DNA from: Patescibacteria group bacterium
Lineage (GTDB): Bacteria; Patescibacteriota; Minisyncoccia; Phycocordibacterales; Phycocordibacteraceae
Direction: 5' to 3'
Length of the DNA stretch: 64,000 nucleotides
NCBI GenBank assembly: GCA_040390125.1
Contig: JAZJYZ010000001.1
Span: 374,402 to 438,401 of the forward strand
A model generated the notes under the pieces. It saw nothing but the letters and a program-made list of their open reading frames with translations. It did no database searches and had not been told where the DNA came from. Each line of letters opens with the position of its first letter. Position 1 is the first letter of the stretch. Made by a program: the position numbers and the translations under genes. Positions 1-8,458 of this stretch are shown here, one piece after another.

Positions 1-131
1 ATCACGGTCGACGCAAACCCAAAGCAGTTCGCTATGAGGCAGCCGTCAATCCTGAAGGGGAGAGCCACGAAGCTTCTCGGAGACATCTGCGTGTAAAACT
101 GCAGCCTCTCGTTAAAGCAAAGCTTCCTGAT

Positions 132-593
132 ATGCTTCGTGCGGCTGAAGCGATATTCACCGATCCTGCAGATTTCGAGAAAATACAAGAACACTATGCA
201 ATGAGCTTGAAGCCAAAGTCTTCTGCGAAAAAGTTTGCACAAGAGGGTATAGCCCGTATGAAGTATTGGTTTATTGCCGATGTGGAAGATGTAGACAAAG
301 TGCTAGGTATTGGAGGTTTGTATACAGAGGTTGCGGATCCCGACACTGTTGGTTGGATCGGGTGGTTTGGCGTGTCACCCGATGCTCGCGGGAAAGGGAT
401 AGGCAAATCTCTTCTTGCACGACTTATATCAAAAGCTCGCAAAATTGGTTTCAAGAAACTTCGCTTATGGACGACAAGTGCTCCTGAAGAAATAAACGCA
501 CAAGCTCTCTACGATGAATTTGATTTTCGCCTTACAAGAGAAGATGACTTTCCCGGTAATCAACAGATACTCTATCGGGAAAAGATCCTTTAG
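132..593 (+). CDS. GNAT-family N-acetyltransferase (reading frame is open back to the window start, so it may be 5'-partial)
   Basis: 153-aa ORF; acetyl-CoA binding motif RGKGIGKSLL (Q/RxxGxG/A); no stop in frame upstream of nt 132. Confidence 0.55.
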   Translation: MLRAAEAIFTDPADFEKIQEHYAMSLKPKSSAKKFAQEGIARMKYWFIADVEDVDKVLGIGGLYTEVADPDTVGWIGWFGVSPDARGKGIGKSLLARLISKARKIGFKKLRLWTTSAPEEINAQALYDEFDFRLTREDDFPGNQQILYREKIL

Positions 594-640
594 AGCTTTG
601 ATTTCTCTCACTCCTTTCATTGCTCGATCAGTTTTTGTTA

Positions 641-1429
641 CTATGCATGTGGCATTGGTACCACCAGAGGCAATTCTTTTGTTTGTTTCAGAAAACTTGG
701 GATAAATCGTCGCCCGTACAGCATGAGTCCGGTTTGTGCCGCACCGATAAGATATCTGTTTGCTTTGTTTGAAACTTTGTATAATTTTCGCACTTGTCGT
801 ATTCCTGCATTAGCTCTTTGCAATGCCCACGTCTTACTTTTGCCATCCGCCTTATAGTCCATCACATCATCTCCAAAATTGCCCAATGAGGTAAGAGCAC
901 CTAAAACGGGAGTTAAATGTTTGTTTCTTTCTGTGTCTTTTGAGACTGCTACTGCTATAGCTTTACCAAGATAGAGTGCTTCTCTGTGTCGATCTTTTAA
1001 AGAATCTTTTCCTGAGTATGATAGTGCACGTATCGCTGCAGAACGATAGGAGGGAAAATTTCCATGTTTTTCTATGAGGCTTCTAAGCTCGGAGAGTGCA
1101 GAATTTAGAGAAGGAAAATTTGATTTTTCCGTGGTAATAAATTCATTTAGTTTTGATTTGTCATGTTTCATATTATCGAGCATAAAGTCGATAACTGACA
1201 TTACTATAAAAATTCGTTCAATGATTTCTTTTTTTTCTTTATTAAACCGTAATCCTTCGGCCTTTTCTATGAGTGATGTAAAGATACCTCCGGCTTTTCG
1301 ATAATAGAATTGCCGATTGGCAAACACTGGATACTTTTCAAATTCAGGTATTGTAACGTAAGCAGGTGTGGTTTCTGTTTGAGGTGATCCCCTACGTTTT
1401 TCTTGTCCCATATTATAGATGCATTGCAA
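641..1429 (-). CDS. hypothetical protein (predicted all-alpha; one DDxxD-like motif GNFGDDVMDY)
   Basis: 262-aa ORF; no confident family recognition. Confidence 0.3.
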   Translation of the reverse strand: MQCIYNMGQEKRRGSPQTETTPAYVTIPEFEKYPVFANRQFYYRKAGGIFTSLIEKAEGLRFNKEKKEIIERIFIVMSVIDFMLDNMKHDKSKLNEFITTEKSNFPSLNSALSELRSLIEKHGNFPSYRSAAIRALSYSGKDSLKDRHREALYLGKAIAVAVSKDTERNKHLTPVLGALTSLGNFGDDVMDYKADGKSKTWALQRANAGIRQVRKLYKVSNKANRYLIGAAQTGLMLYGRRFIPSFLKQTKELPLVVPMPHA

Positions 1430-1510
1430 TTAGGTATTGCAATTGCGGGCATAAATCCTATCACAGTATTTTTAAATATTACAGACTCGAATTTAGCGGT
1501 AGGCTGAGTT

Positions 1511-2593
1511 TCATTTCTTCCTAAAAAGCCTTTCCACTGCCTTGTGCAAGATCCAGGCTAGCCCTAATAGGATGGGAAGATAAAGTGCCGTTGCGAGCCA
1601 TGCGGGTAGGTGAGAGTAGAGAATGTCATATCGTGACATTAAAGGCCAGTGAATGAGGTAGAGCTCATAGGAGTAAAGCCCAAAGACATAGAGCATTCCG
1701 ATACGGAAACGCTTCAGTGTGAAAAGGGCGAAAAGGAGCGACATTAGAAGGAGGCTTATGTATTGCTGAGAGGGTGTGCCAACACCTGAAAAATAGGCAA
1801 AATAGGAAAAGATTCCTGCGAGGCAAAGTATGCTCAGTCCTCGGCCTCTGATATTCATTTTGTTAATTTTTTGCTCAATCCGTTCTCTCTGTTTTGGATA
1901 GTTGTTATACAGGGCACCCACCGCTACGCCAAAGGGAAACGCTATTGCGTGGAGGGTGTAAAGAAATTCAACATTCTTCAAAAAAGGCAGGTGTAAAAAG
2001 ATAACGATTTGCACGGCAACGTATATAAGAAGGGCTGAAAGTAGTGGCTTTTTTTTGAAGAATAAAATAGGAAAAGTGAGATAGAAGAAAAGAATAAATG
2101 TGAAATACCAGAGCGGCGAGTTGATGTCAGTGAAAAGGTTGGCACTGGGAAAGAAGCCTGCGAGTGACTGTGCGACGTAGCCCCAGGAGTAATTGAGATG
2201 AAGTATCCCTGCATCCATAATTAAAAGTACTCCGAGCACTATGGAGAGAGGGAAGTAGAGCTTTGGTAGATGGCGGAGATAGAAGTCTTTTGTTGGAAGA
2301 TTTTTTTTGAGTGTAGATACGGCGAGCCCAAAGCCGGAAAGGAATAGGAACATATCGACACCAACGCCTGCGAGAATTGATAGGGGAAATAGAAACCGAT
2401 GGTCGTTCGCCAGAAAATATCCGATGTGGGCTAAAATAATAGCAAGCATCGCAAAGCCTTTGAGCTCTTGCGAGAGCCACACTGGCAGGAGTGAGATATC
2501 TTCTTTTTTCTTCAGGAACAGCAAAAGACCTGCAAAAAGTAGTAGTGCAAAAATGTATGTTGATGAAACAGGATTGAGTATCTCTATAGGCAT
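1511..2593 (-). CDS. acyltransferase family 3 (OatA/OafA-like) integral membrane protein
   Basis: 360 aa, ~10 TM segments; motifs KGFAMLAIILAHIGYF and FLFLSGFGL typical of PF01757. Confidence 0.6.
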   Translation of the reverse strand: MPIEILNPVSSTYIFALLLFAGLLLFLKKKEDISLLPVWLSQELKGFAMLAIILAHIGYFLANDHRFLFPLSILAGVGVDMFLFLSGFGLAVSTLKKNLPTKDFYLRHLPKLYFPLSIVLGVLLIMDAGILHLNYSWGYVAQSLAGFFPSANLFTDINSPLWYFTFILFFYLTFPILFFKKKPLLSALLIYVAVQIVIFLHLPFLKNVEFLYTLHAIAFPFGVAVGALYNNYPKQRERIEQKINKMNIRGRGLSILCLAGIFSYFAYFSGVGTPSQQYISLLLMSLLFALFTLKRFRIGMLYVFGLYSYELYLIHWPLMSRYDILYSHLPAWLATALYLPILLGLAWILHKAVERLFRKK

Positions 2594-2633
2594 CGTTTAC
2601 AATTTACCATTTTTGCTTAGAGCCTGTATTCCC

Positions 2634-2675
2634 CTGTATAGTATAAAATCACGGTCGTGATTTTATACTATACAG
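2634..2675. promoter_or_regulatory. 42-bp perfect palindrome (20-bp arms, 2-bp centre) in divergent intergenic region
   Basis: ctgtatagtataaaatcacg gt cgtgattttatactatacag; arms are exact reverse complements. Confidence 0.6.
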
Positions 2676-2874
2676 ATGGTTTATGGGTTATTGTGGATTA
2701 GGGGAAGTTTTTTTAAAATTTAATTTTCTTCGAAGGTCTGCTTCGTGAGCAAGTAAGAAAAAAAGTGGAGGGCTTGGAAATGAAATTTACTTCTCGTCTG
2801 TAGTGTTTGGCTTTATACTGGAGTTTTTAGGACTGTCAGCGCCGTTTCAGGTAATTTAAAATAATCAATAAAAC

Positions 2875-3558
2875 ATGGAAAAAAATTATAAATATTTAGG
2901 CACCATTAGTGTCTTTTTTGTTTCGGTGCTCTTGATTTCTAATATTGCTTCCACAAAGATAGTGGACTTTGGATGGTTTACGTTCGATGGGGGAACGCTC
3001 TTATTCCCCCTCACCTACATCTTTGGGGACATTCTTACAGAAGTCTATGGCTATCAGAGGTCTCGAAGTGTTGTGTGGCTTGGGTTTCTTTCAGCAGCAC
3101 TGATGTCTCTTGTATTCTTCGTTGTTGGCATTCTTCCTGCCGCTTCAGATTGGACTAACCAATCTGCATACGACCTAATTTTGGGACAAGCACCACGCAT
3201 AGTACTTGCAAGCTTGATTGCCTATCTTGCAGGTGAGTTTTCAAATTCTTTCGTTCTTGCGAAGATGAAAATACTCTCCAAAGGCAAACATTTGTGGATG
3301 CGCACTATCGGCTCCACTGTGGTGGGGGAGCTGGTCGACAGCACTTTGTTCATACTCATTGCCTTTGCAGGTGTATTGCCAGCGTCCTTGCTCCTCACGT
3401 TGATAGTTTCAAATTACATCTTTAAGACTCTCATTGAAATTATTTTCACTCCGCTTACCTACAAAGTGATTCGTTTCCTCAAGAAAAACGAGCAAGAGGA
3501 TTACTACGACCACAAAACAAATTTCAATCCGTTTGCGTGGGGCAACCGAAACAGCTAG
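2875..3558 (+). CDS. yhhQ: queuosine-precursor transporter YhhQ/DUF165 family
   Basis: 227 aa, polytopic; hallmark FPLTYIFGDILTEVYGY motif. Confidence 0.75.
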   Translation: MEKNYKYLGTISVFFVSVLLISNIASTKIVDFGWFTFDGGTLLFPLTYIFGDILTEVYGYQRSRSVVWLGFLSAALMSLVFFVVGILPAASDWTNQSAYDLILGQAPRIVLASLIAYLAGEFSNSFVLAKMKILSKGKHLWMRTIGSTVVGELVDSTLFILIAFAGVLPASLLLTLIVSNYIFKTLIEIIFTPLTYKVIRFLKKNEQEDYYDHKTNFNPFAWGNRNS

Positions 3559-3837
3559 TTGCTAGTTTGTATGGAAGAGCGAATTGAAAAAATAGAAAAA
3601 GAGCTGAGCGAAATTCGTGAACGCAACGTTCGTGTTGAAGCTGAAAAAGCATGGGAGCGTAGCTCGCTTCGGGTAGTTGCTATTGCGGTAATTATCTACA
3701 GCGTCTCCTGTTTTATGCTTTTCGTGCTCAAAGCAGATCGCATTTTCTTGGCAGGGCTTCTTCCGGCAATAGGTTACTTTCTTTCCATGCAGTCACTCTC
3801 CTTCATCAAGAAAGCCTGGATGCAGAATCATAAATAA
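3559..3837 (+). CDS. small membrane protein, hypothetical
   Basis: 92 aa; coiled-coil N-terminus plus 2 TM; abuts yhhQ stop. Confidence 0.35.
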   Translation: MLVCMEERIEKIEKELSEIRERNVRVEAEKAWERSSLRVVAIAVIIYSVSCFMLFVLKADRIFLAGLLPAIGYFLSMQSLSFIKKAWMQNHK

Positions 3838-3862
3838 AAAAACGCCCTCAAGGGCGGTTTTA
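3838..3862 (+). terminator. rho-independent terminator
   Basis: hairpin cgccctcaagggcg followed by TTTT. Confidence 0.6.
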
Positions 3863-3896
3863 TATGAAACGTTATTAATTCTTTTTAGGACTTTCT

Positions 3897-4280
3897 CTAT
3901 TTTGCTCCTCCGTTCGCTTGAGCCACCACTCTACCCCCCGCCGACCCACCTCCTTTCTGTTGACCACCGTTTGCTCCATCTCCCCTATTCATACGCTCCA
4001 AATTTAATCTATATATTTCATTCGGTACATCGTCGGAGCTACATAAATTTCCCCCATTCAGAGGTCTACCTTCTTTTACCGCTTTAATTTCATTTGCCGC
4101 AGCTCTTTCGCAGGCTTTTGCATCTGCAGGACTCAAATCTCCATATTCCCAAGATCTTTTTGGAACATCTGGACTCTGTGCTCCAGCATTAGTTGCCCAC
4201 GCAAGCGAAAGTGCACCTAGAAGTGCAGGACCCCAGCGGGACTTAGGATTTCTGACTCTTTCTACTCCCTCATGTTTCAT
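3897..4280 (-). CDS. secreted Gly-rich hypothetical protein
   Basis: 127 aa with N-terminal signal peptide (ALLGALSLAWATNAGAQ). Confidence 0.35.
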   Translation of the reverse strand: MKHEGVERVRNPKSRWGPALLGALSLAWATNAGAQSPDVPKRSWEYGDLSPADAKACERAAANEIKAVKEGRPLNGGNLCSSDDVPNEIYRLNLERMNRGDGANGGQQKGGGSAGGRVVAQANGGAK

Positions 4281-4438
4281 ATTGAGAAAAGACTAACTAA
4301 CAGGATAATGGTACCTTCCGAGTTCAAAATGTCAATGTACATGGTGTGTGGGTGTGGATTCTTCAATGAGCTAATTACGGCTCTAGTTCTAGGTGTATAA
4401 GGCTCTCTGTGCAGTTTTTGAAGGTATACTAGTACTGT

Positions 4439-5377
4439 GTGAAAAAGAAAGCCTTTCTTATAGTCGTTGCACTGGTTCTTATTTTTATTCCGCTCGCAGT
4501 ATTTGCGGCTGATTCTAATCCATCGAGTCTTTTGAGTGGCGCCGGCGGAGGTTTGGTCCCCCAATGTGAAGGACCTGAATGTAAAGCTTGCGATTTAACT
4601 GATCTCGCTAACAACGTTATCAACTTTGGCGTTGCTTTTTCTGTAATCGTGGCAACACTCATGTTTGCCTATGCGGGAGTTCTCTACGTAACGGCCGCTA
4701 GTAGCCCTGAACAGATTAAAAAAGCTCACGGGGTATTTACTAATGTATTTGTCGGGTTGTTATTGGTCCTGCTTGCCTGGCTTTTGGTGAACATACTGTT
4801 TTCAGTACTTACAGGGAGGGGGTTGGCTGTATGGAGTCATGTAGATTGTATTGAAAATCCTACAACTGACCCTTTCGCTGATGTTCCGATTCTCCCCCAA
4901 AGCACGTTGGTGACAGGAGGGGCTGGAGCGGGACGACCTTCAACGGTAGCCTCGGTTGGGACTGCATATTCTACGAGTGCTGCAGCAATAGCAGCCTTGG
5001 AACGTGGTGGCGTGTGTGGGGGTGCTGTTCCTTGTACGGACGGCTCTTCACTTGCTGGCTTACGTGTTCAAACTGTAAATCAATTGATTGAACTTCATCA
5101 GGGATGTGGATGTCAGTTTACTGTAACCTCTGGTGTACGTCTTGGCGGTGCTCATGCTACTGGATTGAAAGTCGATGTTCGTATCAACAAGGCTCTTAGT
5201 GATTACATAGAGAGGACGTTTGTTCCTGATCCTAGGTATGGAGGTAAGCGTGTTCCATGGGGCTCTCAAGAGGCATATGTGTATAACGATAGCTGTGGCA
5301 ATGTCTATGCTAGGGAATACGGCTCGCAACCACATTGGGATATAGAGGCAAAACGAGGAAGACTCTGCACATTTTAA
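4439..5377 (+). CDS. VirB2/TrbC-like pilin N-terminal region fused to a LAS/M15-like zinc peptidase C-terminal domain
   Basis: signal peptide plus two hydrophobic helices (VirB2 architecture); C-terminus has AHATGLKVD (SxHxxGxAxD-like) and QPHWD motifs resembling peptidase M15/VanY. Confidence 0.4.
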   Translation: MKKKAFLIVVALVLIFIPLAVFAADSNPSSLLSGAGGGLVPQCEGPECKACDLTDLANNVINFGVAFSVIVATLMFAYAGVLYVTAASSPEQIKKAHGVFTNVFVGLLLVLLAWLLVNILFSVLTGRGLAVWSHVDCIENPTTDPFADVPILPQSTLVTGGAGAGRPSTVASVGTAYSTSAAAIAALERGGVCGGAVPCTDGSSLAGLRVQTVNQLIELHQGCGCQFTVTSGVRLGGAHATGLKVDVRINKALSDYIERTFVPDPRYGGKRVPWGSQEAYVYNDSCGNVYAREYGSQPHWDIEAKRGRLCTF

Positions 5378-5396
5378 TTTTCTGCACAAATACACT

Positions 5397-5984
5397 ATGA
5401 ATTCACAAAAAACCTTCATCCTTGCCATCGCAACCCTGGTCTTAATTGTAGGGACGGGCATTTTATATTTTTTCGCACAAGTGCGCACTTCTTCATCTGT
5501 GCAAGATTCACCTCTTGGAACACTGCCAACTACAAATACCCAAACGGGTGGAAACACATCTTTCCCAAGCAATGCCACTGGGCAAAGTGCTATTTCAAAC
5601 AAGTTTGAAATAGCAACCACCGAGGGAGGGTTACTTGTTTCTGATTTTACTAAAGCCCCCGGCGTGGCTTCTACGACAGGGGCTAGCTTTTCATTATCCT
5701 GGTTCCCCGGTTCAACTTCGGCGACGAGTTCCGATAATGCATCGTACGAAATCTATTATTATCCAGAAGATACTTTTTTCATCGTGGTTATTTTGAAAGA
5801 GCCAATAGGTGAGGTGCGCCGACAGGCCACGGACGACCTCAAAGAGAAGCTTGGTGTTTCAGATAAGGAGTTATGTACTCTAGTGGCGGACGTGAATGTG
5901 CCTTATTTTGTAAATGAATTTTATGCTGGGAAAAATATAGGGTTCCCCGGCTGTACAGGAGCGGTGAAATTTCAAGGTGACTAG
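5397..5984 (+). CDS. membrane-anchored secreted hypothetical protein
   Basis: 195 aa; N-terminal TM anchor then Ser/Thr-rich region. Confidence 0.4.
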   Translation: MNSQKTFILAIATLVLIVGTGILYFFAQVRTSSSVQDSPLGTLPTTNTQTGGNTSFPSNATGQSAISNKFEIATTEGGLLVSDFTKAPGVASTTGASFSLSWFPGSTSATSSDNASYEIYYYPEDTFFIVVILKEPIGEVRRQATDDLKEKLGVSDKELCTLVADVNVPYFVNEFYAGKNIGFPGCTGAVKFQGD

Positions 5985-6010
5985 TTTTATATTTTGAACG
6001 ACTACTCCGA

Positions 6011-6910
6011 TTAATCTGAGTAGTTGGGAGAGAGAGAATTTTTTGTTAACGCAAGAATTTCTTCTTTTTGTTCAGGTTGAAACCAGTGAATTTTTTTGTT
6101 TCGCTTGAACCAGGTCATTTGGCGTTTCGCATAGTGTCGAATTTCTAACTCCAGCTGAACAAGCATTTCTTCATACGAAATATGCCCCTGGAGGTGCCGT
6201 GCCATATAACGATACTCAAGTCCTAAACTCTCCATGCGTTTCCATGAAAGCCCCTCTTTCTGCAGTTGTACTGCTTCTTCAAGCATGCCCATTTGCAGGC
6301 GCTCAAGAAGTCGTGCGTGGATTTTTTTTGCCAGCTCGTCTGTTGGCACACTGAGTCCAATATACAAAACATCATAAAGCGATTCTGATATCGAGGGAGG
6401 AACTTTGCCAAGTGCTCGTGCTATTTCTATGGCACGTATTAAACGCACAGGATTTTTTGTGTCTATTGTTTTTGCTTTTTCCGAATCAAGTTTTTTCAGT
6501 TCTTCATTCAGTTTTTCTAAGCTGAAACCTGACAGCTGAAACCTGACAGCTGAATTCGCCGGTACACCGGGGATGGAAAAATTTCCAAGGAGTGCATCTA
6601 TGTAAAACCCAGTACCCCCTACGATAATCGGTATTTTTTTATTTTTGAGAATGCTTTCTATGGCTTCTCTACCTAATCGTATGTAATCCGCTACAGAAAA
6701 TACCTCAGTAGGGTCTGCAACGTCGAGGAGGTGGTGGGGGACCCCTTTTGTTTCGTTTGGGGTGACTTTCCCACTTCCGATATCTAAGCCTCGATACACC
6801 TGTCTTGAGTCTGCAGAAACCACTTCACCACTCTGAGTGAGGGCAACGTCAATAGAAAGGCTTGTTTTCCCTGATGCGGTGGGGCCAAGAATAACAATAA
6901 CCTTCTCCAT
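6011..6910 (-). CDS. miaA: tRNA dimethylallyltransferase
   Basis: P-loop GPTASGKT; DxxSRQVYRGLDIGSGK; MiaA C-terminal helices. Confidence 0.9.
   Translation of the reverse strand: MEKVIVILGPTASGKTSLSIDVALTQSGEVVSADSRQVYRGLDIGSGKVTPNETKGVPHHLLDVADPTEVFSVADYIRLGREAIESILKNKKIPIIVGGTGFYIDALLGNFSIPGVPANSAVRFQLSGFSLEKLNEELKKLDSEKAKTIDTKNPVRLIRAIEIARALGKVPPSISESLYDVLYIGLSVPTDELAKKIHARLLERLQMGMLEEAVQLQKEGLSWKRMESLGLEYRYMARHLQGHISYEEMLVQLELEIRHYAKRQMTWFKRNKKIHWFQPEQKEEILALTKNSLSPNYSD
6519..6557. repeat. tandem 14-nt repeat (gctgaaacctgaca x2.4) inside the miaA coding sequence, in frame overall
   Basis: direct reading; member of the dispersed agctgaaacctg… repeat family. Confidence 0.8.
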
Positions 6911-6963
6911 AAGTATTTAGTCTTTAGGGGTTAGTGTTTAGATTGATTTTCAGACAAGCTGGA

Positions 6964-6988
6964 AGCTGACAGCTGAAACCTGTAAGCT
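6964..6988. repeat. dispersed short repeat copy (agctgacagctgaaacctgtaagct)
   Basis: shares the aaacctg(t/a)aa(g/c)ct core with copies at 6519, 7668, 14952 and 25844. Confidence 0.6.
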
Positions 6989-7027
6989 ATCTCATGTTAC
7001 ACTGGACACGTTACCAAACGAAAATTT

Positions 7028-7666
7028 ATGGCAAAAAAACAGGAAGATAATGAAGAAGGAGTATGCTTCACTAGCATGGTGCGTGTGGGACATATGGTCC
7101 CCGATTTTGAGTTTGAGGTGTTCCATAAAGATAAGGTTAAGAAGAATCGTTTGTCTGATTACAAAGGAAAGTGGCTGGTTCTTTTTTTCTATCCAGCTGA
7201 TTTCACATTTGTGTGTCCCACAGAGCTCGAAGAGCTTGCCGATTCCCATAAGTCATTTACAGAATTAGACACTGAGATTGTGAGTGTGAGTGCAGACACG
7301 GTGTTTGCACACAAAGCGTGGCACGATACATCGCCCGCAATAGGGAAAATTGATTTTCCGATGGCTTCAGACACTGCAGGCAGGCTTGCTCGAGCGTTCG
7401 GTACTTTTATAGAAAATGAAGGACTCGAGCATGTGGAGGATGAGGGTCTGTCACTGCGTGGCACATTCATAATTGATCCTGATGGTGTTCTTTCCACGAT
7501 GGAAATCCACGACAACTCGATTGGACGCTCAGCAAAAGAATTACTTCGCAAACTTCAAGCGGCACAGTTTGTACGAGCACACGGAGGTCAGGTGTGCCCG
7601 GCTGAATGGCAACCAGGAGACGATACGTTGAAAGGAGGGGACTTGGATCTTGTAGGAAAGATCTGA
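7028..7666 (+). CDS. peroxiredoxin (AhpC/Prx1-type 2-Cys; the real start may be the internal Met at 7076)
   Basis: FTFVCPTE peroxidatic-Cys motif; resolving Cys near the C-terminus (VCPAEW). Confidence 0.9.
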   Translation: MAKKQEDNEEGVCFTSMVRVGHMVPDFEFEVFHKDKVKKNRLSDYKGKWLVLFFYPADFTFVCPTELEELADSHKSFTELDTEIVSVSADTVFAHKAWHDTSPAIGKIDFPMASDTAGRLARAFGTFIENEGLEHVEDEGLSLRGTFIIDPDGVLSTMEIHDNSIGRSAKELLRKLQAAQFVRAHGGQVCPAEWQPGDDTLKGGDLDLVGKI

Positions 7667-7667
7667 T

Positions 7668-7704
7668 TAGCTTTCAGGTGTCAGGTTCCAGCTTTCAGCT
7701 TTTG
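7668..7704. repeat. dispersed short repeat copy (inverted orientation)
   Basis: reverse complement reads agctggaacctgacacctgaaagct. Confidence 0.5.
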
Positions 7705-7709
7705 GATCG

Positions 7710-8159
7710 ATGAATGCCAAGGAAGAACTTCTAGCAAAACTTCGTGGGGCAGATGTCCTGATTGGGTATTCTCCAATGGGTGACGAACCAGACGTTCATA
7801 GTTTCCTAATAGAACATCAAATATTTAAGCCAGGTCGTTCTATTGTTGCGGATAAAAATATCTCTCCGCATGATTTTGCGTTATCACTCTTAAAAGCACA
7901 TGAAGGTGAGAAGGTTTGTATTTTTGTTCCTGGAAGAGAATTTGATACATTCGGCACTCGGCATGGGCGTGGTGGAGGGTGGTACGACAGATTTCTCAAA
8001 GAGTTACCACGCACTTGGTTGCGGATAGGTGTTTTGCACCCAACTCAACTTTCTGAAGAAAAACTAAAACGAGAACCCTGGGACGAGCCGGTGGACTATC
8101 TTTTGGTTACAAAAAATAACGATTGGGATATTTTTGCAACCAATGCAAGGGGAAAATAA
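7710..8159 (+). CDS. 5-formyltetrahydrofolate cyclo-ligase family protein
   Basis: 149 aa; GTRHGRGGGWYDRFL matches the 5-FCL GxGxGYYDR motif. Confidence 0.6.
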   Translation: MNAKEELLAKLRGADVLIGYSPMGDEPDVHSFLIEHQIFKPGRSIVADKNISPHDFALSLLKAHEGEKVCIFVPGREFDTFGTRHGRGGGWYDRFLKELPRTWLRIGVLHPTQLSEEKLKREPWDEPVDYLLVTKNNDWDIFATNARGK

Positions 8160-8324
8160 GTGTGCCGGAGGAGCTCGGTCACAGATAATTGTTCGCCGTC
8201 GCTCACAATTTCTGCGACCCCACCTCACGGTTTTTCGTAACGAAAAACATCGTTCCGGCTTTCGAGTCCCTCCCGCACGCCAGAGCAGTCTGGCGTGCTT
8301 CCGGCCTGTTCACTTTGTTCACTG

Positions 8325-8405
8325 TGCCGGAGGAGGGACTCGAACCCTCATCCCTTGCGAGACACGATTTTGAGTCGTGCGTGTATACCATTCCACCACT
8401 CCGGC
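8325..8405 (-). tRNA. tRNA-Leu (anticodon CAA), type II with long variable arm
   Basis: reverse complement GCCGGAG…CACGA CTCAAAA TCGTG…GGGTTCGAGTCCCTC CTCCGGC A folds into a cloverleaf with anticodon CAA. Confidence 0.8.
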
Positions 8406-8458
8406 AATGAGGGAATCCTATCGCAGTTTTTGTATCTTCGCCATGTTAGAATCGGTGC

